Assembly (NCBI GenBank): GCA_965227835.1
Contig: OZ245768.1
Coordinates: forward strand, 870,001 to 902,000
Direction: 5' to 3'
DNA: 32,000 bases
Source of the DNA: Candidatus Saccharimonadota bacterium
Lineage (GTDB): Bacteria > Patescibacteriota > Gracilibacteria > BD1-5 > UBA6164
Below, piece by piece: positions 18,781-29,419 of this stretch (positions within the stretch are counted from its first letter, which is position 1; the number at the start of each line of letters is the position of its first letter). The notes beneath the pieces are model-generated. The model worked only from the letters and a program-made list of their open reading frames with translations. It was not told the origin of the DNA and did no database searches. A program made the translations under genes and the position numbers.

Positions 18781-18816
18781 AAAGAAGATAAAAACGAATT
18801 TTTATCTTCTTTTTTG
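18781..18816 (+). terminator. Rho-independent terminator after the Nudix gene
   Basis: aaagaagataaaaa-cgaa-tttttatcttcttt followed by a T-run. Confidence 0.7.
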
Positions 18817-18954
18817 TTATTCTAAAAATGGTAAATAAAACTTCTATTATTTAATAATATAGGGTTAATAATACAAAAATCATGATTTTAAAACACGAAG
18901 AGCTATTTTTTTAATAAAAAAGTAGCCTATCATTGCGATAAGCTACTAATCGTT

Positions 18955-19407
18955 TTAATCTCCCGAGAAAATAACTTTTGTTTCAACTAAACCATAATGA
19001 CCTTGTAAAACATCATAATAAGTATTGTTAGAATCACCATAAGTACCCAATACATTTTGGTTAGCAGAAGGAACAGTTTCAGCTTCATCAATATTAACAA
19101 AGCTCATATAAATAGATGAATAGATACCCGATACAGAAAATATATCTCCAGGCATAAATTCTTTTTCTGTACCATCATCCAAATCACACAAGACTCCAAA
19201 ATAAAAATTTACATTTGTTTTTATTTCACCAATAACTACATTATCGGTATCACTAGCTTCAATTACATTAATGAATTCTTTACTAGCAAAGGATTCTTGA
19301 ACACTACATCCATTATTTAGATATAGCTTTATCTCTATATCTGCAAAACTAGAAACTGGTAAAATAGTTGGAAAAACAAAGGTAAACAATAAGAACAATT
19401 TTTTCAC
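18955..19407 (-). CDS. Small secreted hypothetical protein
   Basis: Complete 150-aa ORF without internal TGA. GTG start preceded by AAGGAG at appropriate spacing. N-terminal signal peptide MKKLFLLFTFVFPTILPVSSFA|DIE. Ends in TAA. No family recognised. Confidence 0.7.
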   Translation of the reverse strand: MKKLFLLFTFVFPTILPVSSFADIEIKLYLNNGCSVQESFASKEFINVIEASDTDNVVIGEIKTNVNFYFGVLCDLDDGTEKEFMPGDIFSVSGIYSSIYMSFVNIDEAETVPSANQNVLGTYGDSNNTYYDVLQGHYGLVETKVIFSGD

Positions 19408-19631
19408 GAAAACTCCTTTTTTAAAAAATTATTAAAGAATATTAGCATAAAAGCTAAAACCAAAAATTTAAGATACTCTCATTTAAAAATAAAAGTGTTT
19501 TGAATTATAATAAAAAAAAGTAAAAAGGCAAATTTTTATTGGCTTTTTATTCTTAAATTTCAAAGATATAATTTATGAACTATCTAAATTGGAAATAATA
19601 TTGAAGTATTTATGAGGAAAACATATAAAAA

Positions 19632-20210
19632 TTAAAAAGGAAGTTTAGTATTTTTCTCTTCTCAAAGGTGAGGTTTTTTATCTGGAGAATCATTTAGATA
19701 AATACTATTTTTAGAACTATTATCATTTTTTAATAAAAACCCTCATACAAAAAGAAAAATTGAAGAAACAAGAAGCATAATAATTCATCATCAATAACTT
19801 ATATCAGAACTAAACATATTAAGTCAGGTTATTACTCATATACTATTTATAGATAAAATAAACAAAATAAGTGATATAAAAATTATTATTATATAATCCC
19901 TAAATATTATATTACTCCACTTTTTCATTTTTTCTTTTTTGTTGAAGGAAAATATTAAAAAAAGTATTATAAAAAGTAAAATCATAGTCATATAAGCAGT
20001 AAAGCTGGTTACATTGTTGATTGAATTTGAAGATATCAAAGGATCAGAAGAATTTATCCATTTCATAAACAAAGAAAAAAAACCAAGTATAACTCAGGAT
20101 AATATCAATATTTTTGGGAAGCTAAAAGATTCTATTCTAAACCTAATACTATTTATTGTATTTTTCATCAAATTCCTTAATTTCCTTGCTTTTACTCTAG
20201 ATTTTTGCAT
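19632..20210 (-). CDS. Hypothetical integral membrane protein (about 4 predicted TM segments)
   Basis: With TGA=Gly the fragments 19836-20072 and the lower part of 20094-20333 join in one frame: MQKSRVKARKLRNLMKNT...ILILSGVILGFFSLFMKWINSS...TMILLFIILFLIFSF...IIIIFISLILFILSINSIGVITGL...GGGIIMLLVSSIFLFVGGFLLKND...KLPF* (TAA 19632-19634). The start is placed at the first ATG downstream of the tRNA; an alternative ATG lies ~45 nt further in. Confidence 0.55.
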
Positions 20211-20232
20211 ATTATTTATTAATTTATAAATT

Positions 20233-20308
20233 TGGTATCCCCGGTAGGAATCGAACCCACGCAAACCAAGGTCCGCGGCCTTGTGCTCTTCCACTGAGCT
20301 ACGAGGAC
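20233..20308 (-). tRNA. tRNA-Arg (anticodon read as GCG), CCA encoded
   Basis: Minus-strand sequence GTCCTCG-TA-GCTC-AGTGGAA-GAGC-A-CAAGG-CCGCGGA-CCTTG-GTTTGC-GTGGG-TTCGATT-CCTAC-CGGGGAT-A-CCA. A20 in the D-loop and A73 fit Arg identity. The anticodon loop CCGCGGA has C rather than U at position 33. Confidence 0.7.
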
Positions 20309-20398
20309 ATAAAAAATAAATGTTTATTCTCAAATGATTTAGTTTGAAAACAATCTTATTTTATTATAATAATTTTGTTATTCTTTAAAAGAAAAATA

Positions 20399-21685
20399 AT
20401 GGAAAATTTAAAAAAAGATCTGGAACAAAGATGATTTTTGCATCAATATACAAATGAAAAAGTATTTAATATATTTGATAAATGATGACAAAATTTTTAT
20501 TTTTGAGTAGATTGTAGTTCTAATTCTATGACAATTTGAAACTTTGTTGCTTTACAGATGGCAATACATTTTATGCTTAGATGAAATAAATGTTATCTCT
20601 TGGTTTGATGAGCTACATCAAGTATTTGAAATCCTAGTTGAAAAGACAAAGAAAGACCAATTCTTGAAGAAAAAGATTTACTGGCAAATCAAAAAGGTAT
20701 TAAAAACCAATTTGAACTACTTGTAGAAAATGTGTCTAGGATAACTTGAAAAAAACTAGAATATGAAATAGTTAATAACTATGACTTTTTCAAAAATATG
20801 AATGTTTTAGAATTTTTGAAAGAGGTGTGAAGATTTATGACTGTTAATTGGATGATATCAAAAGATATAGTAAAAAAAAGAATAGAAGACCCCGAAAAAT
20901 GGATAAGTTATGCAGAGTTTTCTTATATGCTTATAATGTGATATGATTTTTATCATTTATATAAAAACTCTGGAGTAACTCTGGAAGTTTGATGAAGTGA
21001 TGAATGGGATTGAATACTTTCATGAATAGAGATGATAGGTAAAAAACTAAAAAAAGAAGCTTTTTGAGTCACAAATAAGCTTATAACAGATTCAAGTGGT
21101 AAGAAATTTGGTAAATCAGAATGAAATGCACTTTGGCTTGATAAAGATAAAACAAGTCCATATTTGATATATCAATATTTTATGAATGCTTCAGATGAAG
21201 ATGTTTGAAAATATTTAAATCTATTTACATTTTTAGAAGAAGAAGAAATAAAAGTTTTGGTTGAGGGACACAAAAAAACTCCTGAAAAAAGACAGGGGCA
21301 AAAAATTCTTGCTTACAAAGTAGTTGAAATGATACATGGTAGTAAAGAGGCAGAACTTGCATTGAAAATATCTGATTTTATGTTTTGAGATATAGAAGAT
21401 AAAATAGGTTTTGTAGAAAAACTTACAAAAAAAGAAATTCTAAGTTTCAAAGATGCTTTGTGAGGTTTTTCTCATTCTTGAGAGAATTTTTTTGAAACAA
21501 TTGTAAAATCATGACTTGAGTCTTCAAATTCTAGTTCTAGAAATGCTGTAAAGGCAGGTTCTATTTATGTAAATGAGCAAAGAGTGGAAGATTTTAATTT
21601 CAAGATTAGCGATAGTTTCCTAGAAAATAAAGTGTTACTTTTAAGAAAATGAAAGAAGAATTTTAGGCTTGTTTTGGGTTTTTAA
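20399..21685 (+). CDS. tyrS: Tyrosine--tRNA ligase
   Basis: 428 aa with TGA=Gly: MENLKKDLEQRGFLHQYTNE...YFGVDCSSNSMTIGNFVALQMAIHFMLRGNKCYLLVGGATSSIGNPSGKDKERP...TVNWM...GGSDEWDGILSGIE...SGKKFGKSEGNALWLD... plus a C-terminal S4-like part (...RNAVKAGSIYVNEQRV...). The KMSKS equivalent is KFGKS at 21104-21118. The standard-code ORF 20544-20726 is in a different frame and is spurious. Confidence 0.9.
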
Positions 21686-21720
21686 GAAAGTAATTTGATT
21701 TAAAAAACATATATTTATAG

Positions 21721-21756
21721 AAAAGTAAAAATTAGTTTAATTTTTACTTTTTTTCT
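21721..21756 (+). terminator. Rho-independent terminator after tyrS
   Basis: aaaagtaaaaatt-agtt-taatttttactttt followed by tttt. Confidence 0.65.
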
Positions 21757-21849
21757 AAATATAAAACATTAATTATATTAATTGATAGACACCAATATTT
21801 ATTGATATGGAATTGTATAAAAAAAGTATGATGATATAATAGATTTTGT

Positions 21850-22150
21850 GAAAAATTAAAATTTGACAAAGAATTAAAGCACTTTGTTGAATAAGTCAAC
21901 AAAATTTTGAAGTTCCTTACTGAATAATATCAAAAAGTGTTGAATTTCTCCGTTGATCAAATTTGGCAAAGAGCTAAAGCTCTTTACTGAAATAATATAA
22001 TAATTTTAGAATAAAATTTATTCTATTATGCTTTGCTATATAATAATATCTGTTTTATGCCCTCTCCTTTAAGGAGAGGTTTAGGGTGAGGTTTTGCTCG
22101 GAGAGGGTTAGGGTGAGAGCTTTACAGAAAGGGTTAAAATGAAATATTAA
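21850..22150 (+). repeat. Composite non-coding repeat, copy 3 (shorter), upstream of the pilin pair
   Basis: Hairpin units acaaag...ctttgt (~21876-21898) and aagagc-taaa-gctctt (21969-21984). Then the shared aaatttattctattat segment and the GC-rich hairpin ccctctcc-tttaa-ggagagg (22060-22079), followed by tttagggtgagg...ggagagggttagggtgagag. Same order and orientation as copies 1 and 2. Confidence 0.8.
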
Positions 22151-22321
22151 AAAGCTTTTAATCTTTTCCTTAAAAAAGAAAGAATGTCTAGCAGAAATTT
22201 TAAAAATATTTGATTTTTGAATATTAAAAGTCAATATATTTAGTATTTTAAGGAAAGGCTAAAGAATTCTTTAATTCTGACAAAATAATAAATTTTTTAT
22301 TTTTATAACAGTAATATTAAT

Positions 22322-22897
22322 ATGAAAATTATGAGTAAAGGTTTTACCCTGGTAGAACTTATAGTAGTTATAACTATATTAGCTATATTGGGTACTATAG
22401 CTTTTGTATCCTTACAAGGTTATTCTCAAGATGCTAAAAATTCTAAAGTTGCATCTGATATAAGAACTATAGTTACATTTATTGAAACTAAACTCACACA
22501 AGGTAAGATATATATGACAGATTTAGTTGATGATGATATTGATTTAAGTTCTACAAATAAAAATGGTATAAACACATCTGAAACTTTCGGTTCTGGTATA
22601 AAACTCTCTGATAGTACATATAAAGTTGGAGCTATAAATTTCACTTGATTAAAACAAAATGGAAATGATTTTAAAGATAGTGAAAATAATGATTATGTAG
22701 CAGCAGTAGCTATAAATGGTTCTGATAATTCTTACTATCAAATTGCTGGTCAGCAAAAAAATACAGATGCTACATACACTACAGTAGTTAAAGGTAACTA
22801 TGTACAAATCATTGATAGTGATACTGTTGGTTTAGTGTCTGAGACATCATCAAATAAGTGAGTAGTTAGTGGAGAAATAATATCTAGCTTATATTAA
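22322..22897 (+). CDS. Type IV pilin (prepilin-type N-terminal cleavage/methylation domain)
   Basis: 191 aa: MKIMSKG|FTLVELIVVITILAILGTIAFVSLQGYSQDAKNSKVASDIRTI... (G-1, F+1, E+5). The standard ORF 22322-22648 continues through TGA to TAA 22895-22897 and ends ...GEIISSLY*. Confidence 0.9.
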
Positions 22898-22910
22898 AAA
22901 AAATATAGTT

Positions 22911-23483
22911 ATGCATTTGAAAAAAAATGCTTTTAGCATAACAGAATTAATAGTTGTAATAGTAATTTTACTTATATTAAGTTCACTTTGATTTATTCAT
23001 TTAGCAGAATACTTTTGAAATGCTAAAAAATCAAAAATAATCTATGACATTAAAAGCCTTACTTCAAATACAGAAATAAAATTATCTAAATGATTTGATA
23101 TAAAAGATTTGATAATAAAAAATGAAAATAACACAAATAAAGTTTATGGTTTAGTTACTATTGGTTCAGGTAAATATATACTGGATGAATTAAAATATGA
23201 AGTGGGTAGTTTTGATTTTTCGAAACTAAAAATTAACAAAAATGATTTTTTATACGAAGATTCTTGAAAACTTAGAGAATACATTTTTGGATATGCAAAA
23301 ACTAGTAAAAAAGTTTATTACGAATTTGCATGACAAGTATTTGATTCTACTTGAAAATACGATGTTTTTGTTTCAGGTAGCTATAAAAAACTTTCAAGTA
23401 CAGATACAAAAGGACTTATAAGTGAAAATTGATATTCATCTTGATTAAAAAATTGAATGACACTCACGGGGAGTTTATATTAA
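22911..23483 (+). CDS. Type IV pilin-like protein (minor pilin/pseudopilin candidate)
   Basis: 190 aa with TGA=Gly: MHLKKNA|FSITELIVVIVILLILSSLGFIHLAEYFGNAKKSKIIYDIKSL... It ends ...TLTGSLY*, the same C-terminal SLY as the preceding pilin. It starts 13 nt after that gene. Confidence 0.8.
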
Positions 23484-23557
23484 GTAGATTCCAGAATCTA
23501 GTGATAGAAATTTTTGAAAAATTAATGTAATTTAGAACAATTGAGAAACTCTAAAAC

Positions 23558-23590
23558 AAAAACACTATTTTTTAAAAAATAGTGTTTTTT
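23558..23590. terminator. Bidirectional terminator between the convergent pilin genes and pilT
   Basis: aaaaacactatttttt/aaaaaatagtgttttt palindrome with A/T runs on both sides. Confidence 0.65.
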
Positions 23591-23618
23591 AAATATTTTT
23601 TAAAATATTAAGAGTTGG

Positions 23619-24701
23619 TTAGTACAAAGACTCTTTTATTAATTTAGGGTTATTAGCATATTTTATCCCTTCATCTTCTGTAATAAATCACATATTTATC
23701 AAATCTACTATATCTTTTTCCAATATCTGCATTCACTCTCTTGTTCACATTTGTAGTACAGAAGGTAGCTGATGAAGTTCATTTTCTCTTATCAAATTTG
23801 CCACAGCTCAACTATTTACTAGTATTTCTTTTGCCATTCTTATTCATGTACCATCCCTAGTTTTTAAAAGCCTTTGAGAAAATACAGAAACCAAAGAATC
23901 TGCCAACTGCATTCTTATCTGGCTTTTTTCTTGTCATTCAAAACTATCCATAATTCTTGTTATAGTTTGATAAGCTCATCTAGTATGTAGAGTTGAAAGG
24001 ACTAAATGTCCTGTTTCAGCTAAAGTCAAAGCTATTCTTATTTCTTCTTTTGATCTCATTTCTCCAAAAAATATAATATCAGGAGATTGCCTCATAGCTC
24101 ATACAAGTGCAGTTTCATAGTTAGGAACATCTTTTCAAATTTCTTTATGCTCTATAATGGATTTTTTATGATCATGTATGTATTCTATAGGATCTTCTAT
24201 TGTTATTATGTGTTTTTCATAATTAGAATTTATATAGTCTATAATAGCAGCCATAGTTGTAGTTTTTCACGATCAAGTAGGTCATGTAACAAGTATAATT
24301 CATTGTCATTTTTTTGTTACTTCTTTGAATATATCAGGCAGATGAAGTTTATCTAAACTAGGTATTTCTGAAGTTAAAAGCCTCAAAACTATCATATAGT
24401 TTGATAGTTGAAAACTTATATTTACTCTAAATCTCCTATTACCAAAAGTAAGAGAAAAATCTAGATTTTTACTTTTCATAAGTTCATCATGTTGTTTTTC
24501 ACTTATTATAGATTGAACAAATTCAAGTGTATCTTTCCACTTCAATTTTTCTATATTTTCATTTATAAAAATTATTTCTCATCATATTTTGACAGCTGGA
24601 TATGCTCAAACTGTTATATACATATCAGATCCCTCGTTATCAATCATAACTTGTAACAATTGATCTTTCAATATATTTTCTTCCAAGATAACTTTTTCCA
24701 T
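23619..24701 (-). CDS. pilT: Type IV pilus retraction ATPase PilT
   Basis: 360 aa with TGA=Gly: ...[20 protein letters not shown]...FRVNISFQ...[45 protein letters not shown]...[38 protein letters not shown]...[21 protein letters not shown]. The Walker A codons at 24261-24290 include three TGA. Fragment 24306-24545 is in frame. Ends in TAA. Confidence 0.9.
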
Positions 24702-24730
24702 TTTTCAAAAAATTAATTTATAAAATATAA

Positions 24731-25951
24731 CTATAAATTCTTAGCTACTTTTCACATTTCAAAGAAAGGAAGCATTATAGATATTATTATAGAACCTACC
24801 AAAAATCATACTATAACTATTATAATTGGTTCCATCATACTAGATAGGTTTCAAATATACCTTTTCAATTCCGAATTATAACTTTTTCATATTCTTTCAA
24901 GTGATTTTGATAAACTTCAAGTTTCTTCTCATGTGCTAACTACATAAGCAAATTCTTCTGTAAAAAGCTTGTTCATATAAACAGATGATTCATATTCTAA
25001 GTTTAATCACAAAGATTTAGATATAGTTAATCAAAGCTCTACTTCGTTTTTTATTCTTATTAATTCTTTTTTATAAGATAGATTTGAAACTACCTGACTA
25101 GATATTTTTAAGGATTCTAGGAGTAAAACTCAAGAATTTAAAAGTATAGTAAAACTCTTTATAAAATATACTATGTTAGATTGTTTTACTATATATCCAA
25201 AAATAGGAAGTTTTATAGCTATTTTAGAAAATATACTTTTTCAAAAATAAGTTTTATTTAATAATTTATAAATTATAAAAACAGATATTACTGTTCCTAT
25301 GATTATCAAATAATCATTTTTTAAGAAGTTTGATATATTTACTATAATTTGAGTTGGAGCAGGGAGTGCAGCTCATGCTTTTTGGAAAGAGTCTGTAACT
25401 CTTGGTACTATAAATATCATCATAAATACTACCATTGCTATAGTAAGAGTAAATAATATGGCAGGATAAACCATGGCTCATTTTACTTTTGATTTTATTT
25501 CTATACCTTCAACCATATTAGTATCAAGTTCACTTAGAATATGACCTAGTTTTCAAGTTTTTTCTCATACTTTTATAAGAGATATAGTGAGTGTATCAAA
25601 AACTTTTGGATATGATGACATAGTTTCGTTTATAGATATTCAGTGATCAATGTTGTTTTTTATTTCTTTTACTATTTTTTTTAGATAAGGATTTGTAACT
25701 TGCTTTATCAAAATATTTAATGCTCCTTTTACGTCTATTCATGAATTTAGGAATATAGAAAATTTATTTATGAATTGCCATACTTCCTTTTTTGAAACAC
25801 TATTAAACAAAGTTATCTCTATATTTGAAATTCATTTTCTATTTTTATTATCCTGATTTTGCTTTTTTCTTGCCTCAAAAAGGAGCTTAACAATCTTGTC
25901 ATTGTTGAAGTTTCAATCTTTATCAAAAAATTTTTTTCAAAATAAAGCCAT
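24731..25951 (-). CDS. pilC: Type IV pilus platform protein PilC (GspF family)
   Basis: 406 aa with TGA=Gly. Two GspF-type repeats: ...FSIFLNSGIDVKGALNILIKQVTNPYLKKIVKEIKNNIDHGISINETMSSYPKVFDTLTISLIKVGEKTGKLGHIL... and ...FTILLNSGVLLLESLKISSQVVSNLSYKKELIRIKNEVELGLTISKSL...VSTGEETGSLSKSLERIG... Hydrophobic segments are present. Ends in TAG 24731-24733. Confidence 0.85.
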
Positions 25952-25954
25952 TTT

Positions 25955-27949
25955 TTATATATTTCAATCTTTAGATATTATATTTTCCGATTCTTGTATT
26001 ACTGTTTCATAGTCTCCTTTTTTCATCAATTCTTTCATTAAATTGTATTTACTTCTTATTCTGTCTTCTTTCAAAGATATTTTATATTTTTGTTCATTTT
26101 CTATAGCCTTTTTCAGATAATAGTTTATCTTTTTATGTATATATCACTGTTTTATATATCTTTTTGCTTCACTTTTTAATTTAAGAACCTCACCTGTTAA
26201 CCATAATTGTTCAAGTTGTCTTATTATACTTTTTAAATAATTTTCAGCTTTTAGTTTTTCTAATTCTTCTTGTATTTCTTGTTTAGTATTTCATTTTATT
26301 CTTCTTATATCTCTTTTAGGTATTGAGTTTATTTCTCAAATTTGTCTTAAGAAATCTTCTTTGTCTTTTATTTTATCCTTTTCAAAATCTCTTTTTAAAA
26401 GCATTAGAGTCAAATCATCATCAAAATTTGATCATCATCTAAAATTTTTGGCATCTTTTATTATAAAATCATATATTTTCCTAATATCTTTTTCAAAATC
26501 AGCAGCTTTTTTAAAAGTTTGGGATAATCTATCTATTGAATAAAACTCTCAATCTATAGATTTAGACTCTACTATACCATCACTATAAGTAAGAAGTATG
26601 TCATCTTCTCACATATCTATAGTACTTACTTTTATATTATCTGAATCTTTTATAAGCCTTATTCAAGCGGCTAATCATCAAGGAATTATTTTTTCAACTT
26701 CTTTTTTTTCCTTCCTGTATAAAAGTATGGGTTCATGTCAAAGCCCTACAAATCTAAGCTTATTTATATCTTCTTTTACTATTTCAAAAAATATTCATGT
26801 TATAAAATTCATTGATTTTAAATCTTGTTTTAATCCATTGTTTATTTCATATATGAGTTTTTTTATTTCATACTTTTCAACAAATTTATTAAAAAGTCTG
26901 GTAAGAAGTGTTATTATAAATCATGCTTTTATTCAGTGTCATGTTGCATCTCATATAAAAAAAGTATATTTCTTGGCAAGTTCACTATATCAAAAAGTAT
27001 CACCAGATATCTTATGAGCACCCAAAATTTTACCATAGAGATCATATCATACTATATCTTTTTTTGAAATATCCTTTATTAAACCTTTATGTATATTTTC
27101 TAGTTTAGCTGAAGCTATTTGGTTTTTTACTTTATCTTCTTCTTCTATAAGAAGATTTATCTCATCTAAAAGCTTTTTCTTTTCTAGGTTTTTTTTGATT
27201 TTTTTATAAAAATTTAAACTTTCTTTGAGTTTATAGAAAATACCTTTTTTAACTTTTTTTTCTTTTTCTTTTTCTACTAAATCATTACTAACAGTTTCAC
27301 CTATTAATTTCATAGCTTCTATTTTAGCATTTTGTTTAAGCTTTTGTTCTTCGCTTTCTTTTTCTTTTTCTATTTGTTTTAATATAAATTTTTTCTCTTT
27401 GTTATAAAAATCTATCACGAGTTTATTTCAAGAGTATTCCTCTAAAAAGCTTCATAGTAATTTCACAGCATCACTTGCTTTTCATGTTTTTGCTAAATGA
27501 TGAGACTCTTGCTTAATATTTTTAAACCTAATTTCAAATCTTTGTTTTTCTATTTTATTTTGATATTTTTCTTTTTGTTTTTTGTATATTTCTGAAAGTT
27601 TTTCTATTTGGGTTTGTTTATCTTTGTATAATTTATTTAATTTTTCTTTTTGTTTCAAAATTGACTTATCTTCATTATTTTCTGACAATTTACTTAATAA
27701 ATCTTTATACGAATTTTCCTCTTTTAAATATACTTCCCTTATAGATCTTTCTGCTTTTTCCCACTCATAAGTAGCTATAAAAAACTTAATTGCCTTTATA
27801 GCCTCTTTATAATTTTTTATATTTTGAGTTTTTATACCTTTATTCTCGGTTTTTCAAAAAGTACTAGAAAAAAATCCTTTTTTGTTTTGCTTTTTCTTAA
27901 TTTCTATTTTTCCTTGTATTTTCATTTCATTTTTTACTTGTTCAACCAT
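25955..27949 (-). CDS. PP2C-type (SpoIIE/RsbU-like) protein phosphatase domain protein with long Lys/Glu-rich coiled-coil-like flanks
   Basis: 664 aa with TGA=Gly; fragments 27047-27418 and 27482-27688 are in frame. The central region reads ...ISGDTFGYSELAKKYTFFIGDATGHGIKAGFIITLL...MNFITGIFFEIVKEDINKLRFVGLGHEPILLYRKE...IPGGLAAGI...MGEDDILLTYSDGIVESKS...FRGGSNFDDDLTLMLLKR. This matches the SpoIIE/PPM signature (GD.F..., DA.GHG..A, G...P.L, SDG..E, DD.T). The start is 4 nt after the pilB stop and the stop is 3 nt before the pilC start. Confidence 0.75.
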
Positions 27950-27953
27950 ATTT

Positions 27954-29192
27954 TTATATTAATTTAAATGCTTCTTCCATAGTTGTTTCTCATAATAAAG
28001 CTTTTAATAAAGCATCTTGTACTATTGTTATCATTCAGTTTTTAATTGCTTCATCTTTCATTTCATTGTCTGAAGATTCTTCTAATATTAAAGGTTCTAA
28101 ATATTCTTCAACTATTAAAACTTCATGTATTCAAAGTCTTCATTTATAACCTGTGTTATTACATTTATCACATCAAGTTCAATGATAAAATTGCATATTT
28201 TTTAAACTTTCTTCGTCTAGGATATCTTTTAAAAATTCATGTGCTTTTTTCATATCTGAATCTCTAGGGGTATATTTTTCTTTGCAGTTATCACAGATCT
28301 TCTTTCATAGTCTTTGGGATATTACCATTTTCATAGCCGAACTTATCAAAAATGGTTCTATTCACATATTTATAAGTCTTCAAATAGTTCAGGGAGCAGA
28401 GTTTGTATGTATAGTAGATAAAACTAAATGTCCTGTAAGAGCTGCTTCTACTGCTAGAGTAGCTGTTTCTTTATCTCTTATTTCTCATACCATTATAATA
28501 TCTGGATCTTGCCTAAGGAGTGTCCTAAGTCATGATCAAAATGTATACCCTATTTCAGGTTTTACTTGGGATTGATTTACATATTCTATATCATATTCTA
28601 TAGGATCTTCCAATGTAGAGATATTGTATTCTAGAGGATTATAGTTTTTTAATATTCAAAAAAGTGTAGTTGTTTTTCAAGATCATGTAGGACCAGAAAT
28701 AAGTATTATTCAATATTTACTTTTTAATGCTTGTTTTACCCTTTTTAAATTTACATCTATTAATCCTAAAGCTTCTATGTTTGTAAGACTAGAATCTTGT
28801 TTTAATATTCTCATCACAACTTTTTCTCAGTATTTTGTAGGTAGAGTAGAAAATCTTATATCAACATTTTGTTTTTCAATTTCATGACTATATACCAATT
28901 TTCAATCTTGGGGTTTTTTGTTTTCGTCTATTTTTACTTTTGCAAGTACTTTTAATCTAGTTGTAATTGCTGATGTATTAGAATTATCCACTTTATCATA
29001 TACAAAAAAATCTCAATCTTTTCTAAATCTAATCATTATAAAACTCTCATTTGGTTCTATATGTATATCTGAAGCATTATATGATATAGCGGCTTTAAAA
29101 ATGTTATCTATGTAGTTAACTACATCTCATAATTCCTTTTTTATGGAAATGGAATCAAGTTCCTTTGTATTTTTTAGATTTGTTTGTTCCAT
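27954..29192 (-). CDS. pilB: Type IV pilus assembly ATPase PilB (GspE family)
   Basis: 412 aa with TGA=Gly: ...[23 protein letters not shown]...PQDGKL...[21 protein letters not shown]...[22 protein letters not shown]...[10 protein letters not shown]...[62 protein letters not shown]... and the tetracysteine CDNC...[19 protein letters not shown]. Ends in TAA 27954-27956. Confidence 0.9.
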
Positions 29193-29385
29193 TGATTTTT
29201 TATTAGAAATTTATTTACCAAAAATTAAGGGAAGTCTAGAAAAAATAATTTAAATGAAAAATAAATACTTTTTCACTATTTTCCTTAAATTTAATTTTAA
29301 CATATGTTTTTATAAAATTTAAATTTTATACATTTACAAACAATGTTTTTTTGTGTTTTAGATATATTTTGAAGGTTTAAAACAT

Positions 29386-29418
29386 AAAAAAAAGTAATGC
29401 TTCGCATTACTTTTTTTT
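29386..29418 (-). terminator. Rho-independent terminator directly after the 29420-30580 gene
   Basis: gtaatgc-ttc-gcattac flanked by an A-run (29386-93) and a T-run (29411-18). On the minus strand the hairpin is followed by T8. Confidence 0.7.
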
Positions 29419-29419
29419 G

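Noticed and set aside
20211-20333. Upper part of minus-strand ORF 20094-20333
   Set aside because: This part is the tRNA-Arg gene translated as protein. Only the portion downstream of ATG 20210 is kept, as the start of the membrane protein.
20544-20726. Plus-strand ORF 20544-20726 (60 aa) inside tyrS
   Set aside because: It is in a different frame from the TyrRS reading frame, which carries the conserved motifs when TGA=Gly.
24087-24356. Plus-strand ORF 24087-24356, and similarly 22426-22644 (minus), 15982-16191 (plus), 3030-3254 (plus) and 4541-4732 (minus)
   Set aside because: Each overlaps, on the opposite strand, a gene with clear family motifs (pilT, pilin, helicase, transposase, rplJ respectively).
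26361-28575. Plus-strand ORFs 26361-26543, 26598-27017, 27582-27770, 28046-28267 and 28282-28575
   Set aside because: They lie antisense to the PP2C-domain gene and pilB, both of which have strong motif support. No motifs were seen in the plus-strand products.
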